Below are positions 34,015-42,072 of a stretch of 64,000 bases of DNA, piece after piece. The translations under genes and the position numbers were made by a program. Position 1 is the first letter of the stretch. Each line of letters starts with the position of its first letter. The stretch lies in assembly GCA_015068455.1 (NCBI GenBank), contig SVKO01000001.1:489738-553737 (forward strand), written 5' to 3'. This DNA is from Oscillospiraceae bacterium. Lineage in GTDB: Bacteria > Bacillota > Clostridia > Oscillospirales > Oscillospiraceae. A model generated the notes under the pieces. It was given only the letters and a program-made list of their open reading frames with translations, made no database searches and had not been told where the DNA came from.

Positions 34015-37000
34015 ATGAAAAGAATCATCACCTTGTTCACGGCGCTTTGCCTGCTGCTGAGTCTTTGCCTGCCGGCGCTTGCCGACGAGCCCGCCGCCGG
34101 CGCCGGCTCTGCCGGACCCGTCCCGGTCAAGATCTCCGCGGGAACGCCTACCTACAAGGACGAGAGCTATTCCTACGCCGAGCGCGGCCTCGATCTGGTC
34201 TCGCGCATGACGGAAGAGGAGATGATCTCACAGACCGCCGGCTACAACTCCCCGGCCATCGCGCGCCTCGGCGTCGCCACTTACATGTGGTGGAACGAAG
34301 CGCTGCACGGCTACAACCAGGAGGGCTGGTTCGGCATCCAGACCGACGGCTCCTCGTTCCCGTCCAGCTATTCCATGGGCGCGTCCTGGGACCCCGATAT
34401 CTACTATCGCGAGGCTGTGCAGATCGGCGCGGAGATCCGTGAGCGCGTCAAGGGCAACCGCTACAACCTCACCATGTTCTCCCCGACCATCAACCTGGCC
34501 CGCGATCCCCGCTGGGGCCGCAACGACGAGGGCTACGGCGAAGATCCTTTTGTTACCGGTCTTCTGGGCTCCGCCTTCGTCAACGGCGTCGAGGGCAAGA
34601 CCTATGCAGGCGAGTACATCCGCAAGAACGCCAACGGTGAGGGCGTGAAGCAGGCCGGCACCACCATCAAGCACTATGCCGCCAACAACTCCGAGAAGAA
34701 CCGCTACACCTCCGGCGCGGACAACGTCACCGTCCGCGAGATGCGCGAGTACTACACCCGCGCCTCCCGCATCGTGACGAAGAACGCCGACGTCAGCTCG
34801 GTCATGATGGCATACAGCTCCGTGTCCGGCATCCCCATCTCCTTCAGCTCCTACTATATGGACACGCTGCTGCGTCAGTCTTATGGTTTCTCCGGTTACA
34901 TCGTCTCCGACTGCGACTCCGTCGCCGTCTCCTACAACCGCAGCGTCCATAAGAACAACCCCCATACCAACGCCAACTACACCCTGGGCGAAGGCTTCGC
35001 CAACGCCCTGGCCAACGGCCTGGACCTGCAGTGCAACGCCGGCGAGACCGACAGCCTCGGCTCCTATGCTTCAAACTATGAGCAGCTCAAGGCCGAAGCC
35101 GACGGCAGCCCCGTCGTTACCGACAAGGGCTACTTCACCAGGCAGCAGGCGGAGGTCAGCGTGGCCCGTCTGATGACCCAGCGCATGAAGCTGGGCGAAT
35201 TCGACGAGGATAACTTCTACGCCACCGAGGGCAAGGCCCGTCTCGACGCCGGCAACGACGGCGAGTACGTCAACGGCGTCCCCGGTCAGACCCAGGAGCG
35301 TATCGACCTGGCGGACGATCTGTCCCGCAGCACCATCGTTCTTCTGAAGAACGAGAACGACGCCCTGCCCATCAAGGCCTCTGAGATCGACGCCGCTGCC
35401 GACGGCTACGACGTGGCCATCGTCGGCCCCGTCGGCCAGTCCAACTTCCGCGGCGGCTATTCCTCCACCCTCCGCAACGAGGCCAACGTGGTCACCATCG
35501 AGCAGGCCATCCGGACGGCCTTTGCCGACGAGACCTATTATCCCGCGGCCACCGTCGCCAACGCCAATGTCAACTACTACTACGGCTTCTCGAGCAGCGT
35601 GAACCGCAACTCCTTCACGGGCCTGCAGTCCAGCCAGATCGACGTCAGCCAGGTGGCTGAGGATCTCGACCTGGCCATCGTGGTGGTCGGCCAGGGCAAC
35701 GGCGACTCCCGTGAGGACGGCGACCGCACCGACCTGAATCTGGCCCAGGCCCAGATCGACCTGATCAAGGCGGTCAAGGAAAAGAACCCCAAGAAGCTCG
35801 TGCTGGTCATGGAGACCTACGGCCCCGTCCAGATGGTTGACGACATCGTGGACAATGCCGACGCCATCCTGTGGTCCGGCTTCAACGGCTTCCGCAAGGG
35901 CACCGGCTTCGGCGAAGCCATCACCGGCAAGAACAATCCCTCCGGCCGCATGAACGCCACCTGGCTGAAGGACATGATCAACGATACCCCGGGCTTCTTC
36001 GACTACAGCCTGTTCCCCTCCAACGGAAAGGGCGGCCGTACCTATATGTACAACGTCGAGCAGACCATCTATCCCTTCGGCTTCGGTCTGAGCTACTCCG
36101 ACTTTGCCTATGCCGCCTCCGGCTCCATGCTGGGCGCTTCCGCCAAGAACGGCCTCGTGGTCGGCACCGCCGACGCGCCCATCACCGGCGACAGCACCAT
36201 CGACGTCAGCTTCCAGATCAAGAACAACTCCGACGTTCCCGGCAAGCAGGTCGCCGAGGTGTACGCCGTGTCCCCCGGCGCCGGCACCAACAACATCCCC
36301 CTCAAGCGCCTCGTGGGCTTTGACAAGGTCGAAGTCGGCGCCAACGCCACCGTGGACGTGACCATCCCCGTGAAGGTCGCGGATCTGGCCTTCTTCAACG
36401 AGGAGGCCGACTGCTACGAGCTGACGCCCGGCACCTGGAAGATCTGGGTCGCCATGAGCAGCGACTTCAACGAAGCCACCGACCTCTCCGAGGAATTCAA
36501 GATCGAGAACGGCGCCATCCGCGAGGATCCGGCCGTCGTCACCGTGAAGCCCACCCAGATCGGCGACGCCGCCAAGGGCATCTCCGAGCGCGTGATTTTC
36601 GATCTGAGCAAGGATCCCGCAGAGAACATCATCGATCCCGGCATCGCCGTGGCCATGACCAATGAAAAGCTCTACGGCGTGCGCGTCGTCAAGAACGTGC
36701 CCGGCGTGGACATCGGCGTGGACGCAGCCACCGCCACCGAGGCCGGCAACGGCTTCGCCAACCCCGACACCGCCGCTTCCCTGCCGCGCCTGGAGGCCGG
36801 CAAGACTGCCGACGAGCTGCCGCACATCGGCGAGAAGTTCACCCTGCCCGACACCTACAAGATCGACTTTGACTCCAACCGGCCCGAGGTCGTGGCGGTC
36901 GAAGACGGCCAGCTGGTCATGAAGGGCAAGGGCGTGGCGACCATCACCGCCACCGTCACCGGCCCCAGCGGCGTGTCCGCCTCCGAGGAATTCACCGTCT

Positions 37001-40000
37001 GCGTCAAGGTCGAGCCCGGCCTCGAGGCAATCACCGTCGGTGAAACCAAATACAAGAAGTTCGATCCGCAGAACTACGGCGTCAACGTGGCCGTGCCCGT
37101 GGGCACCAGCCCCGACAGCGAAGGCCTCGCCGTGACCGCCACGGCCGTGGAAGGCGCCAGCGTCGAGTACCTGTCCAAGGACGCTGACGGCAACTTCGTG
37201 CCCAACGAGAGCCATGCTCCCGCCTCCATCCCCGGCACCGTGTACATCCGCGTCACCGGCGACGACCTCATTGAGCAGATCTACGAGGTCAACTACGTCG
37301 AGGACGCCGCCATCGCCCCGATGACCGGCGCTGCCTACGCCCTCGCCACCGAGATCGCGCCCGGCAAGACCTACGTCATCGTCGCCGACGGCAAGTATGC
37401 CCTGACCAACCGTCAGGAAGGCCCGGCCCTGCGCACTTACGCGGGCGGCGCCACCACGACCCTGGCCTCCAAGCCCGTGGTTGTGGTCGACGGCAAGATC
37501 AACAGCATGGTCTCCAATGATATGCTGTGGACCGTGGAGGAAGCCGAGGCTCCCGCCGCCTACGACGGCCAGGCCCAGTACTTCCTCAAGGACACCGCGG
37601 GCAATTACCTGCGCCGCGGCTCCGGCTCCTCCGGCCAGGGCGCCCAGCTCCTGTCCGAGCCGCTGTACAGCACGGTCCGCTACAACACCTGGTCCTTCAA
37701 GGCCTATGACGGACTGGACGCCACCTACAGCCTGTATGCCAACTCCGAGAGAGAGTACGGCAGAGACTATCCGTTCTATGTCTACGGCAATGAGACCAGC
37801 TTCGACTCCCCGGCAAAGGCCCAGCGCACCGAGGAGGATCCCTTCGGATTCATGAACAATGACGACTGCTCGAAGATCACCCTGTACGAGTACACGGAGA
37901 TCGTGGGCGGCGGCGAGGACATCGATTTCACCAACCCCGCCGACGAGCCCAAGTACACCGTCATGGGTCAGGATACCTACGCCCTTGCCGAGGGCACCGG
38001 CGTCACCCTTACCCCGACGGCGGACGCCTTCGAGCCCGTCACCTCCGGCTGCGGCGGCAGTGCTGCCGACTCCACGCCGAAGGATCTGATCCGCGTGCCC
38101 GTCACCGGCGACTGGACCGCCACGGTGAACCTGGCGTATAATCCCAACGACGCCGCCACCGCCGCCTCGACCTTCTATGCCTTCATGGCTATGGCCGGCG
38201 AGGACTACAAGAACATGGCCGGTATCCGCGGCACCGGCACCCAGTGCCAGGACTTCCTGCGGCAGGACAACGAGATCATGGATCCCGTCCAGCCCGGCGC
38301 GGGCTTCACAGACGCCGGCCTGTACTGGCTGCGGCTGCAGAAGGAAGGCACCACCTACACCGCTTCCATCTCCACCGACGGCGAGGAATTCACCGAGCTG
38401 TTCATCATGGAGGATACCGACATCCAGGCCGACTACATCGTGCTCGACGCCTATAAGACCGCCAGCTCCTCCTGGGGCAGCCAGGCCGTGTGGAACATCA
38501 CCCTGAAGTCCCTCGTCTTCGGCGACGGCGCCCAGTCCGGTCCCAGCAAGACCGCGCTGAAGAAGGCCATCGCCGACGCCGAGGCCATCGACAAGTCCGA
38601 GTACACCGAGGCTTCCGTCGCCGCCCTGGAGACCGCCGTGGCCAACGCCGTGCTGATCCGCGACAAGGCTGACGCCACCCAGGACGAGATCGACGACGCC
38701 ACCCAGGCCGTGCGCGACGCCATTGCCGCCCTCGTGAAGGAGGACAAGGCCGATACCGCCGCCCTGGAGGCCGCCATCACCCGCGCCGAGGCTGTGAACA
38801 GAGACCTCTTCACCGACGAGTCCCTGGCAGCCATGGACGCTGCGCTGGCTGAGGCCCGCACCGCCCTGGCCGAGTCCCGCCTGCAGGCCGTTATCGACGA
38901 CGCTGCCCGTGCCCTGAACGACGCCATCGACGCTCTGGAGAAGAAGCCCGAGGATCCCGACAAGGGCCTGAAGGACTACTTCGCCGACTACTTCAAGATC
39001 GGCACCTGCCTGAGCGCCAGCGAGGCACGCAAGCCCGAGGGCCAGGCCTTCACCCTCAAGCACTTCAACTCCGTCACCTGCGAGAACGAGATGAAGCCGC
39101 AGGAGGTCCTGGACCAGGCCGCTTCCCAGGCTGCCGGCGACAACGTCACCGTCAAGGTCCGCCTGACCGACAATACCCGCGCCATCCTCGACTTCTGCAG
39201 CGAGAACCACATCCCGATGCGCGGCCATGTGTTCGCATGGTACAGCCAGACCCCGGGTTGGCTCTTCAACGAGAACTTCGAGAACAACGGCGCCACCGTC
39301 AGCCAGGAGATCATGGACCAGCGTCTTGAAAGCTACATCAAGAACTACTTCGAGCTGCTGGCCACCGAGTACCCCGATCTGGAGTTCTACTCCTTCGACG
39401 TGTGCAACGAGGCCTTCACCGACTCCAACCCGTCCGGCATGCGCGGCGCCAACCAGTCCGGCTGGATCCGCGTCTACGGCGACGACACCTATATCTACAA
39501 GGCATTCGAATATGCCGATAAGTATAAGCCCGAGGGCTGCATGCTTGCCTACAACGACTACAACGAGTACAACGACGGTAAGCTTGAAGCCATGTACGAG
39601 CTTTGCAAGAACCTGTACGAAAAGGGCTGGCTGGACTGCGTCGGCATGCAGTCGCATCTGGAGCTGCCCAGCAACCCCACCATCGAGCGTTACCGCAACG
39701 CTATGGCGAAGTTCGCTTCCATCGGCTGCAAGATCATGGTCACCGAGCTTGACGTCCAGAACAACAACGACGCACAGCAGCTGGCCGATTACTATCAGCA
39801 GCTCTTCGAGATCTACACCGACTACAAGGATCAGATCGAAGCGGTCGTCTTCTGGGGCAACAACGACGGCGTGAGCTGGCGCTCCAGCCGCAACCCGCTG
39901 CTGTTCGACCGGAATTATCAGCCCAAGCCTGCCTACTACGCTGTCCTCGACGCCATCTCCGACCACGATCACGTGTTCGAGGAAGAGCGCAAAGAGCCCA

Positions 40001-41760
40001 CCTGCACCGAGGACGGCTACGTCGCCGACGCCTGCACGATCTGCGACCGCGTGATCGTCCGCGAGGTCCTGCCCGCCCTGGGCCATGACTGGGACGAGGG
40101 CGTGGTAACCAAGGAGCCCACCGCCACCGAGCCCGGCGTGCGCACCTTCACCTGCCAGCGCTGCGGCGAAACCAAGACCCAGCGCATCCGGCCCACGGAG
40201 GACAAGCTGCCGCCCGACATCGACTTTACCATCCCCGCCGACGCCGAGAAGTTCGAGGTCATCGGCAAGGAGACCGGCGATATCGTCGAGGGCGTCGGCC
40301 TGAGCCTGGTCACCAGCCAGGGCGGCGTGGAGCCCGCCAAGCAGAACATCGCCGAGACCCCGCACGACGTCATCGAGGTACCCGTGGACGGCGACTGGAC
40401 CGCCACCCTCGAGTTCGTCTTCGAGACCAACGGCGCGGCCAACGGCTACTATCAGTTCTTCGGCTTCTACGGCGCGACGGACTACAACAACATGGTCGGT
40501 ATCCGCGGCGGCGACGGCGCCCTGCAGGACTTCATCCGCAAGGAAGGCGCCATCACCGAGGAGACCAAGGCCTCCTCGCCCGGCCTGTCCAGCAACGGCG
40601 CCACCTATTGGTTCCGCCTGGAGAAGTCCGGCGACACCTACACCGCCTACCGCAGCTCCGACGGCGAGAACTTCACCCAGATGTTCGATTATACCGAGAC
40701 GGGCATCGAGGCCGAGAAGATCGTCATCGACGCCTACACCGGCATGACCACCGGCTACAAGTTCACCCTGAAGTCCCTGACCTTCGCCGAGCCCGGCGCT
40801 GTGATCGTCAACAAGTCCAAGCTCGACAAGGCCATCACCGACGCCGAGGCCATCGACAAGACTGCCTACACCGAGGAGTCTGTGGCCGCCCTCGAGGAGG
40901 CCGTCACCGCCGCCAAGGCCGTGCAGGCCGACGAGAACGCCACGCAGGCTGACGTCAATGAGGCTGCCAAGGCTGTCACCGACGCCATTGCCGCGCTGGT
41001 GCCCGTGGCCGAGCCCGTCAACCGGGCCGAGCTCGACAAGGCCATCGAGGACGCCGAAGCCGTCGAAAAGGACAAGTACACCGACGAGTCCGTGGCCGCC
41101 CTCGAAAAAGCCCTGGCTGACGCCAAGGCCGTGGGCGAGGACGCTGACCAGGCCGCCGTCGATGCCGCCGCCGATGCGCTGAAGGCCGCCATCGAAGCAC
41201 TGGAGGAGAAGACCGACGACTTCCTGTTCGAGGACGTCAAGGATCCCGCCAAGTTCTACTTCGATCCCGTCTACTGGGCCTTCTATGCCGATCCGCAGAT
41301 CACCAAGGGTACCGACGATACCCACTTCGGCCCCGACAACCCCTGCACCAGAGGCCATGTCGTGACCTTCCTGTGGCGCGCCGCCGGCGAGCCCGAGCCC
41401 AAGAGTGCGACGACTCCGTTCACTGACCTCAAGCCCGGCGCCTTCTATGAGAAGGCCGTGGCCTGGGCGGTGGAGGAAGGCATCACCAAGGGCATGACGG
41501 ACACCACCTTCGCGCCCGACGGCAAGTGCAACCGCGGCCAGATCGTGACCTTCCTGTGGCGCTTCAAGGGTGAACCCGCACCCAAGAGCACGCAGACCCC
41601 GTTCACCGACCTCAAGGCCGGCGCCTTCTACGAGAACGCCGTGGCCTGGGCCGTGGAGAACGATGTCACGAAGGGCATGACCGAAACCACCTTCGGTCCG
41701 GACGCCACCTGCACCAGAGGCCAGGTCGTGACCTTCCTGTACCGCGCCACCGCGGAATAA
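34015..41760 (+). CDS. 2,581-aa cell-surface multidomain glycoside hydrolase: GH3 (beta-xylosidase/glucosidase-like) + GH10 endo-xylanase, ConA-like and FIVAR-like modules, three C-terminal SLH repeats
   Basis: ATG 34015 with an AAAGGAGAAA RBS and signal peptide MKRIITLFTALCLLLSLCLPALA. The track ORF start at 33142 is an artefact overlapping the CD225 gene. Approximate nt map: GH3 34150-36500 (YIVSDCDSV, Asp codon 34909-34911). Ig-like region 36500-37300. Unassigned module 37310-37915. ConA/DUF1349-like 1 37918-38520. Two FIVAR-like repeats 38530-38945. GH10 38960-39970 (FDVCNEA; VTELDV, Glu codon 39745-39747). 4-Cys module 39970-40200. ConA-like 2 40210-40790. Two FIVAR-like repeats 40810-41210. 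SLH x3 41222-41757. Confidence 0.9.
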   Translation: MKRIITLFTALCLLLSLCLPALADEPAAGAGSAGPVPVKISAGTPTYKDESYSYAERGLDLVSRMTEEEMISQTAGYNSPAIARLGVATYMWWNEALHGYNQEGWFGIQTDGSSFPSSYSMGASWDPDIYYREAVQIGAEIRERVKGNRYNLTMFSPTINLARDPRWGRNDEGYGEDPFVTGLLGSAFVNGVEGKTYAGEYIRKNANGEGVKQAGTTIKHYAANNSEKNRYTSGADNVTVREMREYYTRASRIVTKNADVSSVMMAYSSVSGIPISFSSYYMDTLLRQSYGFSGYIVSDCDSVAVSYNRSVHKNNPHTNANYTLGEGFANALANGLDLQCNAGETDSLGSYASNYEQLKAEADGSPVVTDKGYFTRQQAEVSVARLMTQRMKLGEFDEDNFYATEGKARLDAGNDGEYVNGVPGQTQERIDLADDLSRSTIVLLKNENDALPIKASEIDAAADGYDVAIVGPVGQSNFRGGYSSTLRNEANVVTIEQAIRTAFADETYYPAATVANANVNYYYGFSSSVNRNSFTGLQSSQIDVSQVAEDLDLAIVVVGQGNGDSREDGDRTDLNLAQAQIDLIKAVKEKNPKKLVLVMETYGPVQMVDDIVDNADAILWSGFNGFRKGTGFGEAITGKNNPSGRMNATWLKDMINDTPGFFDYSLFPSNGKGGRTYMYNVEQTIYPFGFGLSYSDFAYAASGSMLGASAKNGLVVGTADAPITGDSTIDVSFQIKNNSDVPGKQVAEVYAVSPGAGTNNIPLKRLVGFDKVEVGANATVDVTIPVKVADLAFFNEEADCYELTPGTWKIWVAMSSDFNEATDLSEEFKIENGAIREDPAVVTVKPTQIGDAAKGISERVIFDLSKDPAENIIDPGIAVAMTNEKLYGVRVVKNVPGVDIGVDAATATEAGNGFANPDTAASLPRLEAGKTADELPHIGEKFTLPDTYKIDFDSNRPEVVAVEDGQLVMKGKGVATITATVTGPSGVSASEEFTVCVKVEPGLEAITVGETKYKKFDPQNYGVNVAVPVGTSPDSEGLAVTATAVEGASVEYLSKDADGNFVPNESHAPASIPGTVYIRVTGDDLIEQIYEVNYVEDAAIAPMTGAAYALATEIAPGKTYVIVADGKYALTNRQEGPALRTYAGGATTTLASKPVVVVDGKINSMVSNDMLWTVEEAEAPAAYDGQAQYFLKDTAGNYLRRGSGSSGQGAQLLSEPLYSTVRYNTWSFKAYDGLDATYSLYANSEREYGRDYPFYVYGNETSFDSPAKAQRTEEDPFGFMNNDDCSKITLYEYTEIVGGGEDIDFTNPADEPKYTVMGQDTYALAEGTGVTLTPTADAFEPVTSGCGGSAADSTPKDLIRVPVTGDWTATVNLAYNPNDAATAASTFYAFMAMAGEDYKNMAGIRGTGTQCQDFLRQDNEIMDPVQPGAGFTDAGLYWLRLQKEGTTYTASISTDGEEFTELFIMEDTDIQADYIVLDAYKTASSSWGSQAVWNITLKSLVFGDGAQSGPSKTALKKAIADAEAIDKSEYTEASVAALETAVANAVLIRDKADATQDEIDDATQAVRDAIAALVKEDKADTAALEAAITRAEAVNRDLFTDESLAAMDAALAEARTALAESRLQAVIDDAARALNDAIDALEKKPEDPDKGLKDYFADYFKIGTCLSASEARKPEGQAFTLKHFNSVTCENEMKPQEVLDQAASQAAGDNVTVKVRLTDNTRAILDFCSENHIPMRGHVFAWYSQTPGWLFNENFENNGATVSQEIMDQRLESYIKNYFELLATEYPDLEFYSFDVCNEAFTDSNPSGMRGANQSGWIRVYGDDTYIYKAFEYADKYKPEGCMLAYNDYNEYNDGKLEAMYELCKNLYEKGWLDCVGMQSHLELPSNPTIERYRNAMAKFASIGCKIMVTELDVQNNNDAQQLADYYQQLFEIYTDYKDQIEAVVFWGNNDGVSWRSSRNPLLFDRNYQPKPAYYAVLDAISDHDHVFEEERKEPTCTEDGYVADACTICDRVIVREVLPALGHDWDEGVVTKEPTATEPGVRTFTCQRCGETKTQRIRPTEDKLPPDIDFTIPADAEKFEVIGKETGDIVEGVGLSLVTSQGGVEPAKQNIAETPHDVIEVPVDGDWTATLEFVFETNGAANGYYQFFGFYGATDYNNMVGIRGGDGALQDFIRKEGAITEETKASSPGLSSNGATYWFRLEKSGDTYTAYRSSDGENFTQMFDYTETGIEAEKIVIDAYTGMTTGYKFTLKSLTFAEPGAVIVNKSKLDKAITDAEAIDKTAYTEESVAALEEAVTAAKAVQADENATQADVNEAAKAVTDAIAALVPVAEPVNRAELDKAIEDAEAVEKDKYTDESVAALEKALADAKAVGEDADQAAVDAAADALKAAIEALEEKTDDFLFEDVKDPAKFYFDPVYWAFYADPQITKGTDDTHFGPDNPCTRGHVVTFLWRAAGEPEPKSATTPFTDLKPGAFYEKAVAWAVEEGITKGMTDTTFAPDGKCNRGQIVTFLWRFKGEPAPKSTQTPFTDLKAGAFYENAVAWAVENDVTKGMTETTFGPDATCTRGQVVTFLYRATAE

Positions 41761-41800
41761 GCGAACGCTTCTGAATCACAAACCAACCGCATAAAAACCA

Positions 41801-41834
41801 GCCGGGGCTGCATCCGCAGCCCCGGCACTTTTTT
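41801..41834 (+). terminator. intrinsic terminator of the giant gene
   Basis: GCCGGGGCTGC-atcc-GCAGCCCCGGC perfect 11-bp stem followed by ACTTTTTT. Confidence 0.85.
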
Positions 41835-41866
41835 GCCTCTTTGAAAAATATCTGAAAGAACAGTAT

Positions 41867-41989
41867 GCATCCGCCCCTGCGGGTGCGGCGCAGGCGGGCG
41901 GATGTGGGCATCCGCCCCTACGGGTACGGTGCAGGCGGGCGGATGTGGGCATCCGCCCCTGCGGGTACGGCGCAGGCGGGCGGGATGGC
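41867..41989 (+). repeat. tandem 41-bp GC-rich hairpin repeat, about 3 copies
   Basis: Units start at 41867, 41908 and 41949: GCATCCGCCCCTGCGGGTGCGGCGCAGGCGGGCGGATGTGG, with 3-4 substitutions between copies. Each unit carries CATCCGCCC / GGGCGGATG inverted arms. The same arms can also pair across unit junctions. Confidence 0.85.
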
Positions 41990-42025
41990 GCCGGGGCCGG
42001 GTTTCAAGGCGCTCCGGAGGAAACA

Positions 42026-42067
42026 GAAAAAACCTGGAGACATGGGCTGTCTCCAGGTTTGTTTTTC
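42026..42067. terminator. bidirectional intrinsic terminator (serves metG on the minus strand)
   Basis: AACCTGGAGAC-atgggct-GTCTCCAGGTT, flanked by an A-run (42026-42032) and a T-run (42058-42067). Confidence 0.85.
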
Positions 42068-42072
42068 TTTTC

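Noticed and set aside
35071-41358. 2,095-aa ORF antisense to the giant glycosidase gene
   Set aside because: It is codon-aligned with the sense frame (both sets of triplets start at positions congruent to 1 mod 3). It only shows that the sense gene uses no TTA, CTA or TCA codons over 6.3 kb, as expected with strong GC3 bias. The product is G/V/A/D/L low complexity with no motifs, RBS or signal. The sense gene has unmistakable GH3/GH10/SLH motifs.
41867-41989. Possible CRISPR array
   Set aside because: The units are directly tandem with no unique spacers. There are only about 3 copies, no leader and no cas genes in the window.
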